This document shows, in pieces, positions 40,959 through 52,437 of a stretch of 64,000 nucleotides of DNA; the stretch's first letter is position 1, and each line of letters opens with the position of its first letter. Both the position numbers and the translations under genes were made by a program. Origin of the DNA: a virus; the IMG/VR virus record IMGVR_UViG_3300011335_000809, positions 32,001 through 96,000 of that record; one strand, 5' to 3'. The notes under the pieces are model-generated. The model was not told where the DNA came from. It worked only from the letters and a program-made list of their open reading frames with translations, and made no database searches.

Positions 40959-41717
40959 ATGACTAATACTGAAATATTAAACGAATACTTTATATGGGAA
41001 GAAAACAACTCAATAGAACCAAAGATGAAATCCGAGAACAAAACAGAATCAGAGCAAAAAGATTCTATGACAAACATAAAGATAGTGAACGAGCCAGAAA
41101 ATTGGCGGACTATCACAGATCCAAAGTTGAGAAAGAAAATGAAGGAAAAATCGTGGAGGACAAAAAATAAAGATAGAGCAAATTTGCTAGCAAGAAATTG
41201 GGTAACCCGTAATAAAGATAAAGTAAAAATGCAACAAAAAATCTGGCGAGAACAGAATCGTGATCGTCTTAAAGATTATCATAAAGATTACCAAAAAAAT
41301 TATAGAAGAAAAAAACAATCAAGAAAACCATCAACTCCTGAAAGTAGACAAAAGAGAAATATTCATATAAATAATTGTAAAAAGAATGATCCCAACTTTA
41401 AATTACAAGGATCTTTGAGAAGTAGGCTTAGAAACGCATTAAAAGGTAATTACAAATCAGGTAGTGCTGTGCGAGATTTAGGGTGTTCTATAGAATCTTT
41501 TAAAGCTTATTTAGAAAGTAAATTTCAGACTGGTATGACTTGGGATAACCACGGACAATATGGTTGGCACATTGATCACATCAAGCCATTATCATCATTT
41601 GATTTGACTGATAGAAAACAATTGTTGGAGGCTTGTCATTACACAAACCTCCAACCACTTTGGGCAGCTGATAATTTATCTAAATATAATAAAAGTATCA
41701 CCGATACAATTGTTTAA
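40959..41717 (+). CDS. HNH-type homing endonuclease (WHIDH...CHYTNLQPLW family)
   Basis: LGCSIESFKAYLESKF, WHIDHIKPL, HYTNLQPLWAADNLSK. Confidence 0.85.
   Translation: MTNTEILNEYFIWEENNSIEPKMKSENKTESEQKDSMTNIKIVNEPENWRTITDPKLRKKMKEKSWRTKNKDRANLLARNWVTRNKDKVKMQQKIWREQNRDRLKDYHKDYQKNYRRKKQSRKPSTPESRQKRNIHINNCKKNDPNFKLQGSLRSRLRNALKGNYKSGSAVRDLGCSIESFKAYLESKFQTGMTWDNHGQYGWHIDHIKPLSSFDLTDRKQLLEACHYTNLQPLWAADNLSKYNKSITDTIV
40994..41170 (+). CDS. overprinted small basic ORF MGRKQLNRTKDE... (58 aa)
   Basis: Hand translation; homologous to 44958-45122 and 50278-50454. Confidence 0.65.
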   Translation: MGRKQLNRTKDEIREQNRIRAKRFYDKHKDSERARKLADYHRSKVEKENEGKIVEDKK

Positions 41718-42129
41718 ACAATACTAAAAAATTATCCAGATTTCATTGTTGTCAGCAGGCCTGGTTCTCCATTTCCTCAGCGGCATCACCAGTCGCCCCA
41801 TGCTCGGCCCATTGATTGACTGGCACTCTCTGAGTTAGCTGTCAGTTGATAGGTTGCCAGTCGTATTCCTTCCGGTCCCATCAACTGAAAATACTTTACC
41901 ATCACCCCACCCGAAAGTCAACCCTTTTTCTTGATTTTCACGCTGCAAATTTCGGTTTTCCAAGTCATTGCTTCAATGGCGAAGGTCAAAATTTGATCTT
42001 CGGTCAAGCCAGCTTCAGCTTGAAATTCAACGTAAAAGTCAGGGTGATCAAGTTGAACTTCGTAAGTAACAATTTCGTTTTTCATTGTGAATATATCCTA
42101 CACTATTTCTTTGGGGAAGTCAACAACTT

Positions 42130-44854
42130 TTACAGAGAAAAAATGCTTTTACCCAAGAAAAAAGATAGGTCACGACCTTGCAATTTATTAGAGATTTGAC
42201 GAAGTTGATTTTCGTCTCGCTGAAAGTTTTTAGCATCTTCCAACCGATTTTCCCGATAAGCTTGAGACTTTTGGTTTTTGATCCAACGAATTTGTTCAGA
42301 AACTTGATTGAATGATTTCTTTTCTTGTTCGTTCATCGTGGATATATCCTACACCAAGCCTCAGCAGAAGTCAACAGCTTTTTTCAAAAAGCCGTGATTT
42401 TGATTCCCATTGCGGAAAGCTCTATTGCAGCTTTTGCTCTACGCTTCTCATCATCAATCAACTCTTTAACCGACTTGTTAACAATCTTGTCGTTAACGAT
42501 TTTGTGGATACGAGCGTCATACTTGTCATACTTGAGCTTCATCGTGGATATATACTACACCAGAGATTGATGGAAGTCAACAGCTTTTTTCAAAATTTTC
42601 CAATCCGTTCGTCTTTTTCCAAGCCGCTCGTCTTTTTCCTTGATGAACATTTCAGCCAGTTTGGAAGCATTACCACGATCCTTTTTAATCGCATTGCGTT
42701 GTCTATAACTCAAACGACTCCAAGTTTTCTTGCCAATATGGCCTGTTGTTCTTTCACCAATATATTTCATCGTGGGTATATTTAGTTATTCTTCAACAAT
42801 GATATAATGAAACTTTCTAGCTTCATTCATCAAACAACAATAACATCTATGAACACACCAATTTGGAATATAATGCATATCAACATCAGTATCACCACAA
42901 TTAGGACATTCATCATTCCAACTATCTTCAATCGTCAACTCTTCGTTATCGTTAGTGAAAATCTTCATCGTGGATATATCCTACACCAGAGCTTGAGGAA
43001 AGTCAACAGCTTTTTTTAGAAAAGTTGACCACTCCAACGCCTCACCTTGTGATCAACCACAAAACCATTGGTTGTAGTGATCTTGACGGTCAGCAGTTGA
43101 TCCGGCTTACCAAAACGATTGGCGTTCTCAATGGCTAACACCTCATAAACATTCATCCAAGTATCACCGCCAAACCGATAAACATCCTTACCCATCACCA
43201 TATCGCCAACTTTGAAATTCATTGTGGATATATCCTACACCAGAGCTTGAGGAAAGTCAACAGCTTTTTTCAAGAAATTTTGAGGGTTTTAGAGGCTCAC
43301 CCACAACCTTTTCATCAATTAATAGTGTACAATGTACGTAGTATGAAAGAACCAATACATTGTCAAACATTACCAAACATTACATTTAAAAGAGAGTGTC
43401 ACAATAAGTGTAACAAAAAATGTTGTCACGATGTTCCACTAATTAATTCTTATCTTTATTCAGAATATTAACATTATGAGTCTTAAACAAATAACTGCAA
43501 ATCATATACAATCCAAACAACTGCCAATAGCCAATAGGCTTAAAACCATACATTTCAGGCAATATACTATTATACACCCACATAATAATACCATTACCAA
43601 CAAATACTCCAATCACATATCCAATCAACTTATAAATCGGGTTAGTCATATATTTTATATTAATTACCCACAAAATCAATCACATCCGCATTATCAACAA
43701 GACATTCATCATTTAGTAAATGAAATTCCCGAACACTTTCAGTAAAATCACTTTCACTAACAATAAACTCCTCACCATTGATAATAATCACCGTCCGTCG
43801 AATAACAGATTCAATATTCATATTATTATTTATTTACAGAACCTCGTAGTTGTAACCACTAACACACCATCCAGTTGTATCACTAATAGCATCAGCAATC
43901 TCTGACTCAATATCAATAATACCATCAACCTCCACAATCATCTCACTCGGTAAATCCGAATTAAGCACAAACGTAGTGCTATCATCATCAATATCAGTAT
44001 CGTAAACAATGTCGGTAACTTTGATTTTCATCGTGGGTAATACTTTATCAGCTTTTTACAAAATGTCAACAACTATTTTTGATTAGTCAAGTTCTTCAAC
44101 ATCAAATTGATGTAACATCAACCTCAAAACTACCCTCAATGTATTCACCATCCATAGGTAATGGCATATCACCACCACCATCCTCCACTTCCTTCACTGC
44201 CTCCTCCAAACTATTAGCCTCAACATCAACATAACCATACATCTGCCACACAACACCAATCTTGTAAGTTTTCATCGTGGGTAATACTATATCAGCTTTT
44301 TAGAAAAAGTCAACAACTATTTTTAGTTACTCACCGTGATCATATCCAAGCTGAGCATTTCGGTACTTATCCAAAACCTCCTTGGTAGGCGGCTTGTATC
44401 CAGCCACACTACGGCCACACATCAACATCATATCAATAGTAGCAGATATCTTAATACCACTATCACGAAGCGCCTGTACATACACAGCCTCCAATAACTT
44501 ACCCTGCTTGCTTCCAACCTTAACCTCAGCCTCACCAAGTACCTTCAACAACCGTTCCTGTAGAGTTTCAAATGTAATAGCCATATGTTTTATTTACGAG
44601 ATTAGTCTACCAGCTTTTTTCAAAATGTCAACAACTATTTTTAATTACTTAACCGACTCGGTTACCCAGTTTTTACATTCAGACTTGGTACCTGTAAATA
44701 CAGGAGTTTGATAAGAAGGACTTCCAACTGATTCATAAACCGTGTACGTTGAAAGCATATTGACTTTGGTATTAGCCCACTTTGTGTTCTGGTTTATCCA
44801 TTCTCCAGAGTAGCCTCGGTCCTGTTCAATGTGAAAACGTCGTTCTGTATTCAT
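42130..44854 (-). other. series of short early ORFs (42130-42336, 42555-42770, 42786-42968, 43016-43222, 43443-43649, 43834-44031, 44327-44584, 44645-44854)
   Basis: One promoter per ORF in most cases; 43016 is paralogous to 39770-39988. Confidence 0.7.
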
Positions 44855-44957
44855 CGTGGAAATATCCTACCAGCTTTTTTCAAAATGTCAAGCCCCAACC
44901 AAACTTTTTTCAACTTTTTCTAATGTTTTATATTCTAATGTACTATTTATTAATGTT

Positions 44958-45122
44958 ATGGGTAGAAAGAAATTAAATAGAACAAAAGAAGAACTAGATG
45001 AACTCAATAGAATCAGACTCCGAAGATATTACGAAAAACATCGTGATGAAGTCAAACAAAAAAACCTCAAACGATACTTTGAATCCAAAGAGCGGAATCT
45101 ACAAGATAGTAAACAAAGTTGA
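44958..45122 (+). CDS. small basic ORF MGRKKLNRTKEE... overlapping GIY-YIG gene
   Basis: TATTTAT directly upstream; paralogues precede both HNH genes. Confidence 0.7.
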   Translation: MGRKKLNRTKEELDELNRIRLRRYYEKHRDEVKQKNLKRYFESKERNLQDSKQS

Positions 45123-45789
45123 CGGCAAATATTATGTGGGTAGTTCTAAAAATATTATTAAAAGATGGAGTACTCATACAAATAAATTAATTAGAGGAGT
45201 TCACAAAAACCAAAAATTGCAATCTGCGTGGAACAAACATAAAGAGTCATCGTTTGATTTTTTAATCGTAGAAGAAACAATACAGAGTCAGTTGTTAACT
45301 AATGAACAGAAATATTTAGACATTGCTAAATCAGAACAAGATAAATGTTATAATCTAATATTTGATTCTACTGGAGGAAATCTTGAACCTGATTCAATTG
45401 AAAAGATACGTCAAAAAGCAATCGGAAGAAAACCATCGGTTGAAACTAGAGATAAAATGTCAAAGAAAAGGCATTCGGAAGAAAACAAAAAACATCTACG
45501 AGATATTAATTTAGGAGAAAATAATCATTTCTATGGTAAAACCCACACCACAGAAACTAAAAGTAGAATTGGTACATTAGCAAAATCAAGATATATTATA
45601 CCGGAGAAAAATCCAAATTATGATCATAAATTATACCATTTCATCAACGATATAACCAATGAATCATTTAACGGATCCAGATATGATTTCTGTGAAAAGT
45701 TTAATCTAAACAGAACTACTATATCTGATTTAATATATGGTAGAAGTGTAAAAACAAGATCTGGTTGGAGATTAGACACCCATCAGTGA
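44998..45789 (+). CDS. GIY-YIG homing endonuclease with NUMOD3-like repeats
   Basis: SGIYKIVN..YYVGSS..KRW; NHFYGKTHTTETK. Confidence 0.9.
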   Translation: MNSIESDSEDITKNIVMKSNKKTSNDTLNPKSGIYKIVNKVDGKYYVGSSKNIIKRWSTHTNKLIRGVHKNQKLQSAWNKHKESSFDFLIVEETIQSQLLTNEQKYLDIAKSEQDKCYNLIFDSTGGNLEPDSIEKIRQKAIGRKPSVETRDKMSKKRHSEENKKHLRDINLGENNHFYGKTHTTETKSRIGTLAKSRYIIPEKNPNYDHKLYHFINDITNESFNGSRYDFCEKFNLNRTTISDLIYGRSVKTRSGWRLDTHQ

Positions 45790-46080
45790 ATCCAACTTCC
45801 AATATTCAACTTCCTTTTCAGGAGGAGACCAAAACAAGTCTCTCTCAATCTTCATTTGAAATGGGCCACGAATTGATTCCATCTCTTCAATAGTAGCAAT
45901 AGAACCGTGTTCAACACATCCCATTCCAAGATCCGCCCATCCAATAATGATATTATTCTCAATTCCCGTCACAAGCCACGTAGCTTTGCCCCACGGAGTG
46001 AACAGCTTGCAAATCGGGGTTTCGTTGTCATAACCAGCCTTGGTCAACGTCTTCTTGAGTTCAGCAGTCAGTAGCTTCAT
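45772..46080 (-). CDS. DUF2958-like protein
   Basis: KLFTPWGKATWL, DLGMGCVEHG, IERDL. Confidence 0.75.
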   Translation of the reverse strand: MKLLTAELKKTLTKAGYDNETPICKLFTPWGKATWLVTGIENNIIIGWADLGMGCVEHGSIATIEEMESIRGPFQMKIERDLFWSPPEKEVEYWKLDSLMGV

Positions 46081-46958
46081 CGTTCAAATAGAATACCACA
46101 GCCAACCACAAAGTCAACACCTTTTTTTTAATTACTGAGGCTTTTCAGGAAAATTGATGTCGGTAATCCAACCAAGGCTGCAAATACCTAAAATGAACAT
46201 AGCATCCCCAACCAACGTGCCATTGAACACCAATGCCGACCCAAACATCAAAATTGATGGGGTAAACACCTTAACAAGAGCTGCGGTAACCAAAATCCAA
46301 TACTTGAGTTTATTCATCCCCACCATCCTACCATACCCCAGCCAAATGTCAAGCCCCCAATCTTTTTCGCACTTTTAGCTTGTGGTCTGCGCCAGGCCTG
46401 GTACAGTATACACAAGATCGGCTAACAGCCAGGGTAGGGGACCAAACCCTACCCAAATTGCGTTATAACGTTAGCGTTACAGAATCGATTATAGGCGATC
46501 TTGATTTCCCAAGCCATATCTACGCTGCAGCCTCTCAATCAAACCATCACCTAGCAGCCTTTCTGCGCAACCAAAGAGGCTGGAAGATTGCTCCTCCAGC
46601 CTCAATACAATGAACAACCAACCAATCGTTTTTGTTGTTGTGGATGTAGATGTACGATAACACCTACGAAGATCAAATCATATGTTGCAACGGATGATAC
46701 TCAACTTGCTTACGTACATATGTACACTTAGTCAAATCAACCGGTTCAATCACATACATCTTGTTGTCAAATCGCACCAAACAATAATTGTATCGATACA
46801 ATGCACTATCATTAAACAACAACGATCCAAACATATCCTTGATCGTAGATACATCAGGTACATCAAATACCTGACGCAAATGATCAAAACTTTGTCGAAC
46901 ACGATCCACACTGGATGGATACTTTACTGCGAGTACTTTAGTCATATATTTTATATAA

Positions 46959-48317
46959 TTAAGCAATACGAACACTATAAGTCAAATCACCATCATTAAG
47001 ACATTCCAAGTTATTAAGCTTAGACTGTACACGTTTACAAGCATCTTCCTCAATTGTACCAGCAGCAAACATAACCTTCTGTATACACTTAGTCTTACCC
47101 TCAGCACGATGAATACGTCCAAGTGCCTGAAGAAGATTAATAGCACTGTAACTAGGACTGATGATAGCACCCCGAGCAAAATTACCATTCAAATCGTGTA
47201 AACTAACACCAGCATTACCAGCAGCCAAATTAGCAATCATAATTCGCTTAACATCACTCTGAAACAATTCAATGTCCTTCTGTCTAACTTTATCAGATTG
47301 TCCCCCAACAATCCTAGCAATCTTACCCTCAAACTTCCGGTTCTTAGCCAATTGTTTCTCAATAGCCTCTACAGTATCAGTGAAATTCACAAACACCACA
47401 GGACTGATACCCTCATCATACCAATCTTCAATCATTTCAACCATAGTGGGTACCTTCAACAATTCAGCCATACGACGAGCTTTAGTCATAATAGCAAAGT
47501 GATGTTGACTATAATTGACACTGGATTCCTCCAAAGCAGCCAATTCAGACTCCATCTGAAGATATACCCGATTGATTTTATCGGTATTGGTACCCATATC
47601 AAAACATTCAGCCATCACGTGATTGTCAGGAAAGATCTTGTCAAACATCTTTCGGGTCATACGGCTACTAACCTTATACAGATTAAATAGCTTATCGTGA
47701 ATGTTAGACATAGCCTCTACAGTCTTTTGACTCTGTAGATCAATTTGAAATCCACCATATCGTCCAACATAAGCACCACTATCAGTGATAAACTGACGAT
47801 AGCTAGTGAGATTGTGAAGAGTAGTAGCAAAACCAAACGCTTTCATCTCCAATGGATTGGTAGCAGCACTAGCACTAAGCAACAATGACTTGTAACCATC
47901 CATCTTCAACTTAATAAGAAAATCACTGTTCTTGCTGGTACTAGACTTACACTTATGTACTTCATCTAGAATCACAAGACTATTCTTGGGGAAGTTAATA
48001 GTATAATCACTAGGACCATTATCTTTACCATCTTTAAATGATAAATGTTCAGTGTTACCCCGAATCAATTTCTCATAGTTAATCAAACAATGAGCCTTAA
48101 TACCAAAATAACTCAAGACCGTGGTCCAAGCAGGTATCATAATCTTGGGACACACAATAACCACTGGACTATTAAGATTCTTAGCAATCCAAGCAGCCAC
48201 ATAAGTCTTGCCAGTACCAGTCTCACTCTGATCACAAGCAACACCATTGATATACAAACTGTTAAGCATATTAACAGCGTGCTCCCGTTGGGGAGGAAGT
48301 AGAAGTTCAACGTTCAT
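46959..48317 (-). CDS. SF2 (SNF2-like) helicase
   Basis: TGTGKT, DEVH, SASA, AGVSLHD, QALGRIHR. Confidence 0.9.
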   Translation of the reverse strand: MNVELLLPPQREHAVNMLNSLYINGVACDQSETGTGKTYVAAWIAKNLNSPVVIVCPKIMIPAWTTVLSYFGIKAHCLINYEKLIRGNTEHLSFKDGKDNGPSDYTINFPKNSLVILDEVHKCKSSTSKNSDFLIKLKMDGYKSLLLSASAATNPLEMKAFGFATTLHNLTSYRQFITDSGAYVGRYGGFQIDLQSQKTVEAMSNIHDKLFNLYKVSSRMTRKMFDKIFPDNHVMAECFDMGTNTDKINRVYLQMESELAALEESSVNYSQHHFAIMTKARRMAELLKVPTMVEMIEDWYDEGISPVVFVNFTDTVEAIEKQLAKNRKFEGKIARIVGGQSDKVRQKDIELFQSDVKRIMIANLAAGNAGVSLHDLNGNFARGAIISPSYSAINLLQALGRIHRAEGKTKCIQKVMFAAGTIEEDACKRVQSKLNNLECLNDGDLTYSVRIA

Positions 48318-48607
48318 TGTGTAAATAGACTATCACGACCCCCTAGAAACCTCAAGCACTTTTTTGAATTATTTTTCAGTGTCGCTGCCATCACGGATCT
48401 TGAATTCAACCGGAGCACGAGCAGCCAACACCACCTTGACCACATTGTCACTCAATGTCTTCACAAATGCTACACACAGTGAATAACCCAACACAATTAA
48501 TATAATAAACATAATATAATTGGGTACACTCTCGGTAATAGTCTTAAACAATACAGTCAAATCAGTATTCATCTTATTATAAATTATAGGGGACAATCCC
48601 CCATTTG

Positions 48608-48940
48608 TCAAGCAACAACCGCTTTCTTCTCAATCTCACTCAGTTTATCAGCGGGTATTTCACTGATAATCTGTTTACTATACTTGGGAAGCTTCTTAAA
48701 AGCAATAGTCAACTGTTTAGGACTAAGAGTTCTACCCTTGTTGATTTGTTCAGCAAACGAACTAAGAATAAAAGCATCAGTACCATTAAACCCAATACCA
48801 TTATCGTGACCCGTGGTTTGAGCAGCCTGCTCATCAGCCGTTTGACGTTCCCACAGCTTCACGATGGCTCGTTGAGCCCAAGCGGGATTGGTTGAGAGTT
48901 GAACCTTGACGTACTCGGTAACAGCGGAGGAAATCTTCAT
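48608..48940 (-). CDS. conserved early phage hypothetical protein
   Basis: RQTADEQ...NGIGF motif; own promoter. Confidence 0.7.
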   Translation of the reverse strand: MKISSAVTEYVKVQLSTNPAWAQRAIVKLWERQTADEQAAQTTGHDNGIGFNGTDAFILSSFAEQINKGRTLSPKQLTIAFKKLPKYSKQIISEIPADKLSEIEKKAVVA

Positions 48941-49042
48941 CGTGGAAACAGTATAGACCAGCCTGGGCCAAAGTCAACGGATTTTTGCAACTTTTTTCGA
49001 GGGTTTTCAGGATCACCCACAACCTTTCTTATTTATAAACAG

Positions 49043-49480
49043 TTACTTACAAATCTCTGGGGTCAAATCACTCCATCCACCCTCATAGGTACTACGATAC
49101 ATCCACTTACCATTGTCATACAAATACTGATAATCAACACCACTACCAAAGTGTTCATACTCACCCAGATCTTCAAAAGTCCTACTATCAGATCCAGTAT
49201 CACCACGATCCCTTCCATAAGCAACACACACTCCCTCTTGAGGATTATTAAAAGTGTGACGATTGTTATCACTATACAGATTAATTCCTGTAGTACTATA
49301 CAGACTTTCAGAAAGAATACTCAAATCACCCAAATCCAACAGTTCATTAATAATACCAACGTTATTGTAGTGATTCAACAACATCTTACCAACATACTCA
49401 GGATAACCATCCCAATGACAATAGATACCAGTGATAGACTTATCTAGATTGACAATACCAATATTAGAACGAGTAGCCAT
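49043..49480 (-). CDS. conserved phage hypothetical protein
   Basis: MATRSNIG...IYCHWDGYP motif. Confidence 0.75.
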   Translation of the reverse strand: MATRSNIGIVNLDKSITGIYCHWDGYPEYVGKMLLNHYNNVGIINELLDLGDLSILSESLYSTTGINLYSDNNRHTFNNPQEGVCVAYGRDRGDTGSDSRTFEDLGEYEHFGSGVDYQYLYDNGKWMYRSTYEGGWSDLTPEICK

Positions 49481-50242
49481 ATATTTAGTTATTATTGTTA
49501 TTTACTTAACCGCCAATTGTACCGCCTCCATAGCATCATTCATATCCCACGTATGATACAAAAACTTAGCCTTATCACCAAACCCCACATAACTACGCCA
49601 AGCATTTCTATCACTCTTGCTATCAGTAGGCTTATAGATAAACCCAACAATCTCACCATTAATCGTTCCACTATACAAATTGGGAAGACTTTGCATCTTC
49701 ACTCGGGTAAAAGTAACCTTATTCATTGTTTTAATATCTTATCAGAGTTTCACCAAATGTCAAGCCTCAATTCGAACATCCCGACCATTTTCGAACCGAT
49801 AATTCACCGGATCCTCACTCTCAGTAGCACGCCCATCCGTAGGCACCCACCAGCGCATCCGCAACAGCATCACGCTGCCAAACGCTTCCTCCGCCGTAGC
49901 AAACCGAAGGCCGTTCGTTGACCATTGACCATCCACCAGCACTTCGGGCTTAAATGATTTGTTCTTCATCGTGGACAATAGTCTATCATCGATTCCGGGA
50001 ATCGTCAAGCCCCATCACACTTTATTCTTTTTTTAATTTAAAGCTTGAGGTCCTGGCTGGCTCTGGTAACCTAGTTCTGTCCTGAGGGATGCTACGGGCC
50101 GACAGCTACAAGGCCGAACCGCTGATAAACCAGCCAGGGTAGGGGACCAGAGAGTGCGTTGATTACGTTAACGATATCGCAAATTGTTGCAAATAAAGCT
50201 TGACTTTCTCACTTTTTATTTTCTCACTCACTATTTATTAAT

Positions 50243-50899
50243 ATGACTAACACTAAAGTATTAGAGGAATATTTTATATGGGAAGAAAAAAACTTAATAG
50301 AACCGAAGATGAAATCAAAGAACAATGGCGTAACAGATCAAGAAGATATTACGAAAAACACAAAGACATTGAACGAATCAGAAAATTGGAGAGATATCAC
50401 AGATCCAAAGTTGAGAAAGAAAATGAGATTGAAAGAAAAGTCAATAAAACGTAAATCTTACTTTAAAGCTTATCGTGAAGCCAATAAAGATAAAAGAAAA
50501 GATTATGCTAGAATTTATATGAAAACTTATCATTCTATCAATAAAGAAAAAATTTATTATTATCGTAATAACAAATTAAAAACAGATATACAATTTAAGC
50601 TTTCGTGTATATTAAGAAACAGATTAAACACCGCTATTAAAGAAAATTTTAAAATTGGTAGTGCAGTGAGAGATCTTGGATGTACTATTGATGAACTTAA
50701 GATTTATTTAGAGTCTAAGTTTCAAAATGGTATGTGTTGGAGTAATTATGGTAAAGATGGTTGGCACATAGATCATATAATACCTTTAGCTAGTTTTGAC
50801 TTAACTGATAGAAATCAATTGTTAGAGGCTTGTCATTATACTAACCTGCAACCTCTATGGGCTAAAGATAACTTATCTAAAGGCGACAGAATATGTTAA
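50243..50899 (+). CDS. HNH-type homing endonuclease, paralogue of 40959-41717
   Basis: WHIDHIIPL, HYTNLQPLWAKDNLSK. Confidence 0.85.
   Translation: MTNTKVLEEYFIWEEKNLIEPKMKSKNNGVTDQEDITKNTKTLNESENWRDITDPKLRKKMRLKEKSIKRKSYFKAYREANKDKRKDYARIYMKTYHSINKEKIYYYRNNKLKTDIQFKLSCILRNRLNTAIKENFKIGSAVRDLGCTIDELKIYLESKFQNGMCWSNYGKDGWHIDHIIPLASFDLTDRNQLLEACHYTNLQPLWAKDNLSKGDRIC
50278..50454 (+). CDS. overprinted small basic ORF MGRKKLNRTEDE... (58 aa)
   Basis: Hand translation; paralogue family. Confidence 0.65.
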   Translation: MGRKKLNRTEDEIKEQWRNRSRRYYEKHKDIERIRKLERYHRSKVEKENEIERKVNKT

Positions 50900-51990
50900 C
50901 ATATCCAATACACCCCACCTGCACCCATTGCGTTAACGGTAACGCATTTAATCGCTTTTTTTTGCAGAATTTGCTTGAGGTTTGACTGGCTCTGTGGTAA
51001 AGTATTTACAAGATCGGCTGACAAAGCTAGGGTAGGGCACCGGACCCTGCACTGATTACGTTACCGTTAACGCTTTCAATTGGACCTACGTCATTGGTTT
51101 AGGTAGTATCGTTACCTAATAGTACTGTGTATATACATTAAATTAAGCGTAATAGCAGTGTGTTAACGTTAGTGTTAAATACTATCGTGTAACATACACA
51201 ACGATGTTATCCCCCTATTATATCATAACACGCTTTGGACGCATGTCAAATCACGTAACTTATTATAATTTGGGGATGACAGCCTGTGGAACAAGTAGAG
51301 GCACTTATGATGTGTAGTATAGTAGACGATCTTATGACAAAACTAAATAACTTGACAAAAGGCGAATTGGTGTTGTCAAGTGTTATATTTGATGTGGGTA
51401 ATCAAGACGAAACAAAAACAGCACCAACCATAGCTAACCACATATGAGCAGCTAACCACATATGAGCATATGTTGCATCACTATAAAAAAAGCACAACAG
51501 CGCTACAAAAACGTACTATAGTGCTTAGTGTGCTTATAAATGTAACAATTATGCACTTAATCACTTAACACATATGTAAATATGTACATATGTTGTGGTA
51601 TGGTGTATTGGTGGCAATACAATGAATATGAGTAAAATGAGTAAAAAGTGTTATTAATGGATAATAGTTGAATAAAGGGAGGATTTGGGAGAAATAGGGA
51701 TAAATAGTATTTAGTAAGCGATATTGGTGTATGTGTGATGTTAGTGTGATGCTAGTGATGTTTAGGATAGTGTAGGTAGTATATGTGGTGAGGTTAGTGG
51801 TTAATGGTTTAGGGTAGTGAGTGATATATGTGGTAGTGGTACACTGTGTGATGTTAAGTAGGGGTAGGGGGGGTGTTGTTATAAAAAAGAGAGGGGGGGG
51901 CTTAAATAGCCTATGTAGTGGGGGGGGCTATATGAAAAACCCCTCTTGGTATAGAGGGGGTACTTGTAGGAGATAAAGGTTGATGTGTGT
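50900..51990. other. long non-coding region; candidate replication origin or terminal-repeat boundary
   Basis: No ORFs; C-to-G skew switch; gene orientation switch; tandem AGCTAACCACATATGAGC, CATATG repeats, G runs. Confidence 0.5.
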
Positions 51991-52437
51991 TTATTTGTAT
52001 ATCAATATGTTGCGTACTGTGCCTGGTGACCATTTTTTACCTGTTCTGGTTGGTATGTTATTATTATTTAAATAGTCTGCGATACTTTGCAGAGTAGTGA
52101 ATCCATTATTTTTTAGATTATGCATAACAGGCAACAGTTTGTTTTTAAAGTCTTGTTTGGCTTTAGCTGCGCCTATGTTCATGTCTTTAACTGATTTTTC
52201 TGGATTTGGTCCGCCGAGTTTGACACCACGATGTTTTGCACGTTGAATACCTTTTTTGGTTAATTCTGATATAGAGATGTTTCTGGGTTTGTTGATATGG
52301 TGTACTTTATCGTGGCAAGATTGGCAGAGAGGTATGGTATTTTTGCCACCTAGAGATGTTGGAACTACGTGGTGATATACTATATTGGTAGTACTATTGC
52401 AATCAAAGCAACAGTTAGTGTGTATAGATGTGATCAT
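51991..52437 (-). CDS. HNH plus recombinase-like DNA-binding domain protein
   Basis: HHVVPTSLGG..LCQSCHDKVH; RGVKLG...SIADYLN..IPTRTGKKWSPGTV. Confidence 0.7.
   Translation of the reverse strand: MITSIHTNCCFDCNSTTNIVYHHVVPTSLGGKNTIPLCQSCHDKVHHINKPRNISISELTKKGIQRAKHRGVKLGGPNPEKSVKDMNIGAAKAKQDFKNKLLPVMHNLKNNGFTTLQSIADYLNNNNIPTRTGKKWSPGTVRNILIYK

Larger units (their letters stand above)
36526..50008 (-). promoter_or_regulatory. more than 20 dispersed copies of an early promoter, consensus AAAAAAGCTG-TTGACT-N16-TAGGAT/TATTCT-ATATCCACG-ATG
   Basis: Examples at 36526-36572, 36761-36808, 39724-39770, 42337-42384, 42543-42590, 42969-43017, 43223-43270, 44032-44080, 44276-44324. Confidence 0.85.

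Noticed and set aside
36526-44900. Repeat-spacer pattern as a CRISPR array or integron attC array
   Set aside because: The repeats are degenerate promoters with -35/-10 boxes and the spacers are genes of variable length; no cas or integrase gene in the window
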